From the NCBI GenBank assembly GCA_963823035.1, contig CAWGKG010000021.1, positions 32,001-96,000 of the forward strand: 64,000 nt of DNA, given 5' to 3'. Shown piece after piece: positions 44,388-54,590 of this stretch. Position numbers and translations under genes: made by a program. The stretch is from an uncultured Gemmatimonadales bacterium (lineage in GTDB: Bacteria > Gemmatimonadota > Gemmatimonadetes > Longimicrobiales > Gaopeijiaceae). Positions within the stretch are counted from its first letter, which is position 1, and every line of letters starts with the position of its first letter. The notes under the pieces were generated by a model. The model was not told the DNA's origin. It saw only the letters and a program-made list of their open reading frames with translations, and ran no database searches.

Positions 44388-46524
44388 ATGGACATGCAAC
44401 GTGGGTTCGCGATCGTTCTGAGCGCCGTCCTCTCCCTCCCCGCGACGGCCGCCGCCCAGACCCCGGACACGCTCCGGCCCGGACGTTTCGACTTCGGCAA
44501 GATGTGGACGTTCGAATACGCTCCGGCCGAGTACTTCTCCACCACCTACGGCTTCGACGCCTCGCCCGAGTGGTTCGAGCGCGCCCGCCTCGCGGCGCTG
44601 CGCATTCCGGGCTGTTCGGCGTCGTTCGTGTCGCCGCATGGCCTGGTGGTCACGAACCACCACTGCGCGCGCGGCTCGATCAGCGCGGTGAGCCGCCCGG
44701 GCGAGAGCCTCCTCGACGACGGCTTCTACGCGACCTCCCTCGACGAGGAGCGGCCGATCCCCGGGATGTGGGCCGACCAGCTCCTGTCGGCGCTGGACGT
44801 GAGCGCGGAGATCTACGCCGCGATGGACGCCGCTCCCGAGTCGGGGCGCGCCGCGGCGCGCGAGACGGGCGATCGGCGAGGTGCAACGGCGCCTCCAGGC
44901 CGAGCACGCCGACGTGAACGGCGTGCGGGTGCAGGTGGTTCCGCTCTACAACGGCGGCCGCTACTCGGCGTACGTCTTCCGCAGGTTCACGGACATCCGC
45001 CTGGTGGCGGCGGCCGAGTTGAACCTGGGCTTCTTCGGCGGCGATCCGGACAACTTCACGTACCCTCGCTACGCGCTCGACTTCGCCTTCTACCGCGTCT
45101 ACGAGAACGGCGAGCCGTACACCTCCAGCCACTGGTTCACGTGGGGGGATGGCGTGGCGGAGGGCGACCCGGTCTTCGTCATCGGCAACCCCGGGCCGAC
45201 CAACCGGCTCCAGACGGTCGCCCAGCTCGAGTACCAGCGCGACGTGCTGGTGCCCGTGCGCAAGGCGTTCTTCGAGACGCGCCTCGATGCGCTGCGGGAC
45301 GCCTACGCCGCGGACCCGGCGGAAGGCGAGCGGCTGGGGCTGCGCAACCAGGCCTTCTCGCTCTCCAACTCGCTCAAGGCATACACGGGCCGCCTGGAAG
45401 CGCTGCGTGACCCGGAGATCCTCGGGCTCAAGCGGGCGGCCGAGGCCGAGCTGCTGCAGCGCCTGGCGGCCGATCCGCAGCTCTCCGCTCGCTATGGCTC
45501 GGTGGTGGACGGGCTCGCCCGCATCCAGCAGGAGCGCAGGGAGCTGGCCGAGGAGTCGGGCGCGTTCTACAACGTGGCGAACCCCACCTACGGATCGCGC
45601 ACGCTGGCGCGCGCCTTCATGGCGGTGCCGCTCGTGGACGCCGCAACGATGCCGCCCGACAGCGCACGGGCCCGCCGCGCCGCGATCGCCGCGGTACCCG
45701 ATCACCCCGGCGACCTGGAGGAGGAGCTGCTCCGCCTGCGCCTCGCCGACCTGGAGCGCTACCTCGGTGCCGACGACCCGCTGGTGGCGACCGCCCTGGA
45801 AGGGCGCTCTCCCGAAGGCGCGGCCGCGTCGATGCTGCGGCGTTCGGCGTTTGCTTCGGCGGCGCGGGTATCGGGGCTCGGGGACGCCCTCGGTGCGAAC
45901 GTCGCGTCCGATGCGGCGATCACGCTGGCCGCGGGACTCGCCGAGCGCATCGCGGCGTTCCGCGACAGGGAGCGTGACCTCGCGGGGCGCGAGCAGGAGC
46001 TGGCGGCCGACCTCGGCCGCGCCCGCTTCGAGGTGTACGGAACCGAGGTCGCGCCGGACGCCACGTCGTCGCCGCGCATCACGGACGGGGTGGTCATGCC
46101 CTACGCGTACAACGGGACGTTGGCCCCGACCCACACGACCTTCTTCGGCGTCTACGACCGGTACTACAGTCATCTCGGCGACCCGGACTGGGCTCTCCCG
46201 GCGCGGTGGGTGCCGGTGCCGGACGGGTTGGACCTGTCCACGCCGCTCGACTTCATCTCCACGGCCGACACCTACGGCGGCAACTCGGGCTCGCCGGCGG
46301 TCACACGCGACCTCGCGCTGGTCGGGCTCAACTTCGACCGCAACGTCGAAGGCCTCAGCCGGGACTTCATCTACCTCCCGGAGCGTGGGCGCAACATCAT
46401 GGTGGACGTGCGGGCCGTCCGTGAGGCGCTCGACGTGGTCTACGACGCCGACCGCATCGTGCTGGAGATCCTCACCGGTCGGATGGTGCGTACCGAGGCG
46501 GAGGCCGACGCGGCGGGTCGCTGA
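44388..46524 (+). CDS. S46 family dipeptidyl peptidase; frameshift near 44875
   Basis: GKMWTF, CSASFVS..GLVVTNHHC, FGGDPDNFTYPR, GGNSGSP, NFDRN. Confidence 0.92.
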
Positions 46525-46551
46525 CGACCCACTGACCTTCGGCAGCTCGCG

Positions 46552-48555
46552 TCAGCTCGGACCCATGAGGTTCCAGATCCAGAGCTGCCAGCCGAAGGTG
46601 ACCAGGAGGACGGCAAGCAGGGTGTAGGCAAGGCGCGCGCTCGTGGAGCCGCGCCTGGCCGCCCACGCCCTCGCGGCGAGGAGGACGGCGAGCAGGCCGA
46701 GGAGCGCGCCCAACACCGGCAGCCACACGAGCGCGCGCATCGGACCTACGTGGCCGAGCGCGACTTGATTCGTGTCGGTGAGGACGATACCGAGCCCGAC
46801 CGCGAAGGCGAGGTATACGACCGCGCCGATCCACCCAACCGCCCGCGCGCCGAACGGGAGCGCGTCCTGGAGCGTGAAGGCGTGCCTCCATCGGAACCAC
46901 CCCTGCACCGGCAGCGCGAAGGCCGCGAGCAGGAAGACGGCGATCGCGAGAGCGCCGAGCACCCCGTGCAGCACGGGGTCTTCCGACAGGGGCACCCGCT
47001 CCCACGCCGCGTAGGGCGTATCGCCCAGGAACATGTGCGTGATGTTCCCGTCGTCGTCCCCGCGAAAGGCGATCACGCGGTCGCTGTTGGCGGCGCGGAA
47101 GGTCAGGGGGGCGGTCTCGATGAAGAGGCGGTCGTCACCGAAGTGGATCGCCAGGGCGGTGTCCCCCGCGTTCGAGACGTTCACGGCCTGGAGCGCCGCG
47201 ACCTTCAGGAAGTCGGTGTGCACGAAGCGGTTCGAGCGGAAGCGCCCGGTGAAGCGATCCGCGCGCGTGGCGAAGTCCGCGGGTGGGCGGAGCCGGGCGG
47301 GCTCCATTCCGCTGCGGAAGGCATGTCGCACGAAGTCGGCGACGAACGTACCCGGCCCGGACGCCGCCGTGTTCATCGAGATGAACACCCCGACGTCGTG
47401 CTCGGGGAGGAGCGTGAGCTGGGAGTGGAACCAGAAGGTGTCGCCGCCGTGGCCGATCATGTGCTCGCCGTAGCGGCTCAGGTCCGCGAAGCCGTGCAGG
47501 AACGGATTCACCGTGGGGCCGTTGCGGAAGAGCACGGACTGCATCTCGCGGGCGGTCGCCTCCTGCAGGATACGCGCGTCGCCGAGCCGCCCGAGCTGCA
47601 GATGGGCGGTCATGAAGCGGGCCATGTCGGTCGCCGTCGAGCTGCACGCGCCTATGGCGCCCAGCGGTACCAGCTCGAACGCCTGCGCTTTCGTGCCTCC
47701 CGCCTTGTAGCCGACCGACATGTCGTCGGCCAGTCCTTCCGGAAGGGGTTGGCGGAAGGTGGTGTGCGTCATCCCCAGGGGCTCGAGGATATGGCGCTCG
47801 ATGTACTCGATCCACGGCTCACCGGAGACGTCCTGCACGACCTGCATCGCGAGCGCCGTCCCGTGGTTCGAGTACGACGTCACGTCGCCCGGTGGCCGTA
47901 CACGGGCCGGCATCTGCTCGGCGAGCACCTCCTCCATGGGTCGCATGGCCGCGGTGTCGTCGGCGAACAGCCCGATCACCTTGTCTTCGAAACCCGCCGA
48001 GTGCGTCATGAGGTCGGCCAGCGTGACCGGGCGGTCGAAGGCGTCCGGGACGCGGAGGTTCTTCAGGTAGTGGTTCACGTCCTCGTGCAGATCGAGGCGA
48101 CCCTGCTCGACCAGCTGCATGACGGACGTCCACACGAAGAGCTTGGAGATCGAGCCGATCCGGAAGAGTGTCCGGTCCGCCTGTACGGGGCGGCGCGCGT
48201 CCACGTCGGCCAACCCGTACCCCCTCGCGAACACGGTCCGTCCGTTCGCGACGACGGAGACCGTGGCGCCGGCCACGTGCGTGGCGCCGAGGCGTGCCTT
48301 CATCCATCCGTCGATCCACGCGGCCATCGCTGCCGAGTCCGGGAGCGCGGGGGCGCCCGTGGAGTCGGAGGCCTCGACCGCGGCCGTCGCGGGCACGGTC
48401 TGCGCGAGCGCCGGCGGAGCGAGCGTGGCGGAGAGGATCGCCGCTCCCCACGAGAGGAGCGCGGTGGTCGGAGCCGGGGTGTGGAGCGATGCGGGCACGG
48501 CGGGCGGTCCTGTGCGAGGAGCCGGGAGAGTAGGCGATCTCCAGCGCTCGCGCAC
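46552..48555 (-). CDS. Serine hydrolase (beta-lactamase/AmpC-like) with C-terminal transmembrane helices
   Basis: FRIGSISK (SxxK), LMTHSAG, YSN, GHGG; hydrophobic C-terminus; start uncertain. Confidence 0.85.
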   Translation of the reverse strand: MRERWRSPTLPAPRTGPPAVPASLHTPAPTTALLSWGAAILSATLAPPALAQTVPATAAVEASDSTGAPALPDSAAMAAWIDGWMKARLGATHVAGATVSVVANGRTVFARGYGLADVDARRPVQADRTLFRIGSISKLFVWTSVMQLVEQGRLDLHEDVNHYLKNLRVPDAFDRPVTLADLMTHSAGFEDKVIGLFADDTAAMRPMEEVLAEQMPARVRPPGDVTSYSNHGTALAMQVVQDVSGEPWIEYIERHILEPLGMTHTTFRQPLPEGLADDMSVGYKAGGTKAQAFELVPLGAIGACSSTATDMARFMTAHLQLGRLGDARILQEATAREMQSVLFRNGPTVNPFLHGFADLSRYGEHMIGHGGDTFWFHSQLTLLPEHDVGVFISMNTAASGPGTFVADFVRHAFRSGMEPARLRPPADFATRADRFTGRFRSNRFVHTDFLKVAALQAVNVSNAGDTALAIHFGDDRLFIETAPLTFRAANSDRVIAFRGDDDGNITHMFLGDTPYAAWERVPLSEDPVLHGVLGALAIAVFLLAAFALPVQGWFRWRHAFTLQDALPFGARAVGWIGAVVYLAFAVGLGIVLTDTNQVALGHVGPMRALVWLPVLGALLGLLAVLLAARAWAARRGSTSARLAYTLLAVLLVTFGWQLWIWNLMGPS

Positions 48556-48588
48556 GACCCCCCGGAGGTTACGGGGAGTGTGCGCCCG

Positions 48589-49206
48589 CTACCCCTCGTC
48601 GCCGCTGTGGGGGTTCATCCCCCTGGCGATCATGAGGTGATGCCGTTGGTGGTGGCTGCCGTCCACCATGAATCCGTAGAACCCGAGCGCGCGTAGACGG
48701 ACCACCTCGTCGGGGCGTGGCGTCGTCCAGGTGATGACGAGATCGCTCCCGCGATCCTGGACATCGACGCTCCACCCCCGGTCGGTGCCGACCATCGTCG
48801 CGTGCGCCTGGACCATGCGGCGGGCCGCGCCGAGCACGTCCGCCGAGCCCGAAACGGTCATTGCCACGCCGCCCTCGACGGGCGCCTGCGCCACCCGTGC
48901 GTCGACCATCACCCTGTCCATGTCCACCAGGTGGTCGTGCAGCGCGGCGATGTCGACCCGCGACCAGTCGGTGTCGGGATCCGCCTGGAGGATCGCCACG
49001 ATCTCGGAGATCGCGGCGAACGTCGCCTGTCCGGCCTGGGTCGGTATGGCGCCGGTCGCCTCGCCGGCCATGTGGGCCTCGTGCATGCTCTGCGCGAGGA
49101 GGCCACCGCCCGGCGCGAACCCGAGCCCACACGCCAGGAGTGCGACGGCGAGGACGGGGCGGAGGGCCGGAGGCGTGCGCTGCGGGATGTCGGCGTTTCG
49201 CTTCAT
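48589..49206 (-). CDS. Secreted His/Met-rich hypothetical protein
   Basis: Signal peptide, SMHEAHMAG, GQATFAAISEIV..L.ADPDTDWSRVDI.AL..HLVDM, C-terminal GSHHQRHHLM. Confidence 0.75.
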   Translation of the reverse strand: MKRNADIPQRTPPALRPVLAVALLACGLGFAPGGGLLAQSMHEAHMAGEATGAIPTQAGQATFAAISEIVAILQADPDTDWSRVDIAALHDHLVDMDRVMVDARVAQAPVEGGVAMTVSGSADVLGAARRMVQAHATMVGTDRGWSVDVQDRGSDLVITWTTPRPDEVVRLRALGFYGFMVDGSHHQRHHLMIARGMNPHSGDEG

Positions 49207-49311
49207 GGGGAGCTCCAGGGATCGAGGGGCAGACCGCGCGGGGCGAACGGTCCCGGCAGCCGGTGCGGCGGCACGATGGCGCACAGGATGGGGCGTAGCG
49301 CAGCCCTTCGC

Positions 49312-49327
49312 TATGACCACGGTCACA
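49312..49327. promoter_or_regulatory. CRP-type box
   Basis: TATGA-CCACGG-TCACA, a 9/10 match to TGTGA-N6-TCACA, lying between the divergent Crp/Fnr gene and the His-rich gene. Confidence 0.65.
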
Positions 49328-49405
49328 ATCCGATTCCGCCCGCGCGTGGCGGCGGGAACCGAGGGGACCCCGGGAGTGTCCGAGCAAGCGCACCGGGAGG
49401 GGACC

Positions 49406-50110
49406 ATGCACATCGACGAGCTACGGCGCATCCGCACCTTCCAGACCGTCGGCGACGCCGCGGCGCGCATCCTCGTGGAACGGGCGGTTGAGCGTCCGTT
49501 CCCGGCCGGGAGCGTCATCTGGCGCCAGGGGGCCCGGGCGGAGGCCCTCCACGTTCTCTGCGCCGGTAGCGCGAGGGCGGTGTGCTCGCGCGGTGGCCGC
49601 GAGGCCGTGGTGCACCGGGCCCGCGCGGGCGACACGCTCGGCGAGATCCCCCTCTTCGATGGCGGGCCCTATCCGGCGTCGCTCGTGGCCGAGTCCCCCG
49701 TGCGGATGCTGACGATCGACCGCGAGAGCCTGATGGCGGCGATGAGACTCGACATGGGGCTCGCGATGACCTTCCTGCGCGCTCTCGGGCACCGTGTGCG
49801 CGAGCTGGCCCTCCGCCTGGAGGCGCGCATGGCGGACCCGGTCGGCACACGGCTCGCGCGGCACCTCCTCGCCCGAGCCGACGCCTCTGTACGCCTGGAC
49901 TTCCATCTGGGGATGACGCAGGCCGCGCTCGCGCACGACCTCGGCACGGTGCGCGAGGTCGTCGCGCGCCGTCTGGGTGACCTGGTCCGGTCCGGGGTGC
50001 TCGCGCGCACGGGGCGCTCGCGCTTCCGCGTGGCGGATCGCCGACGACTCGAAGGCCTGGTCGGCGACGAGCCGCCCGCGGGTTTGCCGGCAACCGCCCC
50101 CCTTCCGTAG
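49406..50110 (+). CDS. Crp/Fnr family transcriptional regulator
   Basis: cNMP-like domain GEIPLFDGGPYPAS; HTH MTQAALAHDLGTVREVVARRL. Confidence 0.92.
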   Translation: MHIDELRRIRTFQTVGDAAARILVERAVERPFPAGSVIWRQGARAEALHVLCAGSARAVCSRGGREAVVHRARAGDTLGEIPLFDGGPYPASLVAESPVRMLTIDRESLMAAMRLDMGLAMTFLRALGHRVRELALRLEARMADPVGTRLARHLLARADASVRLDFHLGMTQAALAHDLGTVREVVARRLGDLVRSGVLARTGRSRFRVADRRRLEGLVGDEPPAGLPATAPLP

Positions 50111-50179
50111 ACTCGCCCCCACCCGGGGGCCCCGGCCCCATCCTTCGCTCCACTGCGGGCGGCTCGAGACAGAGGTGTC

Positions 50180-50797
50180 GTGGACGTACTCACGGTACGC
50201 GGACTCACCCGCCGCTTCGGCGCCCATGTGGTGCTGGACGGCATCGACCTGTCCGTGGAGGCCGGCCGGATCGTGGTGCTACTCGGGCCCAACGGCGCCG
50301 GGAAGACGACCCTCCTCCGCTGCGTCGTCGGCGCGGATCGGGCGGACGCGGGGGAGATCCTCTTCGAGGGAACCCCGCTCGACGAGACGGACGCGGCGGT
50401 CCGCGCCGGCATGGCGGCAGCGCTCGACGACATCGACTTCTTTCCCGACCTCTCCGTGGTCGAGCATCTCGAGCTTCTCGCGTTCGCGCACGGCGGCGAC
50501 GGGGCGGCCGTCGCCGAGGTTCTGGCGGAGCTCGGCCTGGCGGGCGCGCGCGACCAGCTTCCGGCGACGCTCTCCAGCGGGCAGCGCAGGAGGCTCGCGC
50601 TCGCGTCCTGCTTCGTTCGCCCACGGCGACTCCTCGTGCTCGACGAGCCGGAGCAACGCCTGGACGTGCGCGGGCGGCGTTGGCTGGCCGATCGCCTCCT
50701 CCGCGAGAAGGCCGCGGGGACCGCCGTGGTCATGGCGTCGCACGACCCCGAGCTCGTCGAGCGGGTGGCGGACATCCGCTTCGAGATCGGCGCGTGA
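50180..50797 (+). CDS. ABC transporter ATP-binding protein
   Basis: GPNGAGKTT, LSSGQ, LVLDEP, SHD. Confidence 0.93.
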   Translation: MDVLTVRGLTRRFGAHVVLDGIDLSVEAGRIVVLLGPNGAGKTTLLRCVVGADRADAGEILFEGTPLDETDAAVRAGMAAALDDIDFFPDLSVVEHLELLAFAHGGDGAAVAEVLAELGLAGARDQLPATLSSGQRRRLALASCFVRPRRLLVLDEPEQRLDVRGRRWLADRLLREKAAGTAVVMASHDPELVERVADIRFEIGA

Positions 50798-52194
50798 GCG
50801 TCGGCACCGTGGTGATGCCGCCGTCGGCGCGTAAACTGCGGCGACGGGTGCGCCGTGCTCGGCATGCCCATCATGGACGGTCGTTCGGGGACGCCTTCTA
50901 CGACCTGTACGTCTTTCTGTGGGTGTTCGGCGTCTACGGTGGCATCCTGGGCACCGCGATCGTCCGGCACCTGCGAAGCGCGGCGCCGCGCGTACCCGTC
51001 GGGACGCACTGGCTCGTGATCGCGGCACTCCTCGTCGCGGCCGGGCTGGCGTGGGGGGCGCTACGGATGGTGGGTCCCGTCCTCGTCACGCCCGCCGAAC
51101 GTACGTGGGTCGTGTCCGCGCCGGTGGAGCGGGGCGCGTTGCTGCGGCCGCGGATGATCGGGCTCCTCCTGGGCCTCGGTGTGGCCGGTGCCGTGGGCGC
51201 GGCGGCCGGCGCGATCGCCGTCCGGTCCGCGACGATGGGTTGGAGCGTGCTCGCGGGGGCCGCCGGAGGCATCGCGCTCGCCGCGACCGCGGTGGTGGCG
51301 CAGCGCTCCGGGGCGGAGTCGGGTGGGTGGGCTCGAGTACCGGGGGTGGTCCTGATGAGCGCGGGGTTGGCCACGTTGGGGGGGGTGGTGGCGGCTCCCG
51401 ACCTCGGCGTCACGCTGCCGCATCCCGCGGCGTCCGGCGCGCTCGTCCTCGCCGCGGGTGGCCTCGTCCTGGCCGCCGTGGCCACGGTCTCTGCGTGGCG
51501 CGACCTCGGTCGGCTCGACGCGGCGACGCTCGGCGCGGGTGCCCAGGTCGCGACCGCCAGCGTGACGGCGGCCGTGGGCCTGGACCCCTCGCTCCTGCTG
51601 AACGTCCTCGAGGTCCGGCGCTGGCGCAGGATCGGCAGTGTTCGCAGCCGGCCCTTCCACGCGTGGCCGGGCGCGCGGTCGCTGGTGCTCCTCGAGGCGG
51701 AGGCGCGGCGTCTCACGCGCCGCCCGGGCGCCCTGGCCGTATGGGGGGCGCTCGCGCTCGCCTACTACGCGGTGGTCATGGCGGCCCCTTCGTGGGCTCC
51801 CGTCGTGCGTCCGATCCTCGCGTACGTGGCGGCGGGCAGGTTGGCGGCCGGTTTGCGCGTGCTCGCCCGCGCCCCGGGACTGGCACGCTCGCTGGGCGTG
51901 GGGAACGCCACGCTCCGGGCGCTGCACACGATCGTGCCGGCGCTCGCGGCCGTGGCCTGGTGGCTGGTCACGGCGCCGGCGGGCGGCGCCTCCCCGGGAC
52001 AGGTGGACGTGGTGATCGTCGCCGGCGTGGTCGGGTCCGTCTACCGGGCCGCGACCAGCCCGCCGATGTCCTACGAGGGCATGGCGTTGGAGACACCGTT
52101 CGGCCTCTTCCCGGTGGATCTGGTGCGGCAGCTCCTACGCGGCCCCGACCTCCTGGGCGTGACGATCGTCCTCCGCTTGCTCGCGAGGGGGTAG
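50794..52194 (+). CDS. Polytopic ABC membrane protein (DUF6297-like)
   Basis: GTGA overlap with the ATPase; GPVLVTPAE..W..APV.RG.LLRP and TPFG.FP motifs; many TM segments. Confidence 0.7.
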   Translation: MSVGTVVMPPSARKLRRRVRRARHAHHGRSFGDAFYDLYVFLWVFGVYGGILGTAIVRHLRSAAPRVPVGTHWLVIAALLVAAGLAWGALRMVGPVLVTPAERTWVVSAPVERGALLRPRMIGLLLGLGVAGAVGAAAGAIAVRSATMGWSVLAGAAGGIALAATAVVAQRSGAESGGWARVPGVVLMSAGLATLGGVVAAPDLGVTLPHPAASGALVLAAGGLVLAAVATVSAWRDLGRLDAATLGAGAQVATASVTAAVGLDPSLLLNVLEVRRWRRIGSVRSRPFHAWPGARSLVLLEAEARRLTRRPGALAVWGALALAYYAVVMAAPSWAPVVRPILAYVAAGRLAAGLRVLARAPGLARSLGVGNATLRALHTIVPALAAVAWWLVTAPAGGASPGQVDVVIVAGVVGSVYRAATSPPMSYEGMALETPFGLFPVDLVRQLLRGPDLLGVTIVLRLLARG

Positions 52195-52231
52195 GGGCCC
52201 CGCGGAGCGCGTCGCTACGGTGCCTGAGCCC

Positions 52232-53566
<1,335 letters not shown>

Positions 53567-53679
53567 GGGCTCGTTCCGCTCCGGTGGCGGGGTGTTGGAC
53601 GACGTTCAGCGTCGCCGCGGTATGGTAACGTCCGGAGGGCGTTCTTTCTCCGTCGGACGACCTCTTCTAGGTTGCCGGG

Positions 53680-54501
53680 GTGTCCTCCAAGCCGGCCCTC
53701 CGTCCTCCGTCGTCCGCGGCCCTGGCCCTCCTCGCGGCGTCGGTCCTGGGCGCTGCCCTCTGCGTGGTACCGGATTCGGCGGCGGCGCAGACCATCCTGA
53801 ACGTGGAGCGCCTCCAGTCGCGCGAGACGCACGGCTGGCACGCGGGCGTCGAGGGGTCCCTCGACGTGGCGCGGGGCAACAGCGACCACACCAACCTCCT
53901 GGCGGGCGTGGCCGCGGGATACCGATGGCCTGCGGATTGGCTTCGCCTGTTCGCCGGGATCAGCTACAAGAACAAGGCCGACGGCGGCCTCGACAACGAC
54001 CGCTATCTCCACGTGCGCTACAACCACGAGTGGGTCGCGCGCCTGCAGTCCTTTCACTTCGTGCAGGTCCAGGTCGGCAGGACGGGCGTACTGCGCGATC
54101 GGCTCCTCCTCGGTAGCGGCCTCCGGCTCCGGGTGGCCGGCAACGACCGCACCGCCTTCGACGTCGGCACGGGCGCCATGTACGAACGGGAGAAGCTGGA
54201 CTCGGCCAGCATCCTCGACGACCATCCCGCCACCACGCGTGCGATGCGGATGGCGAACCTGGTGGTGCTCAACCGCCGGCTCCGGACGGACGTGCGCTTC
54301 GTGGGCGTCGGCTACCTGCAGCCGCGCTTCGACGACCTCGGGGACACGCGCACGCTCACCGACCTCTCGCTCCTGATCGCGCTCACGGACGAGGTCGACC
54401 TCGCGGTGCGCTTCCAGTGGCGCCACGACACGCGGCCGCCCGGGGGCGTCGAACCGGACGACTTCTCCTTCACGTCCGGCTTCACGGTGGCACTCCGCTA
54501 G
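53680..54501 (+). CDS. DUF481-like outer-membrane beta-barrel protein
   Basis: Signal peptide, QTILNVE, RGNS, R.LLG.GLR, YLQP, C-terminal beta strand. Confidence 0.75.
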   Translation: MSSKPALRPPSSAALALLAASVLGAALCVVPDSAAAQTILNVERLQSRETHGWHAGVEGSLDVARGNSDHTNLLAGVAAGYRWPADWLRLFAGISYKNKADGGLDNDRYLHVRYNHEWVARLQSFHFVQVQVGRTGVLRDRLLLGSGLRLRVAGNDRTAFDVGTGAMYEREKLDSASILDDHPATTRAMRMANLVVLNRRLRTDVRFVGVGYLQPRFDDLGDTRTLTDLSLLIALTDEVDLAVRFQWRHDTRPPGGVEPDDFSFTSGFTVALR

Positions 54502-54590
54502 ACAGGGAGGGCATTCGGCCCCGGGGATCGGCACCGAATCTCCTTGCTTCCCGCGAGCCGCGGCTCCTAGAGTGGGCGCGGGAGGGGCGT

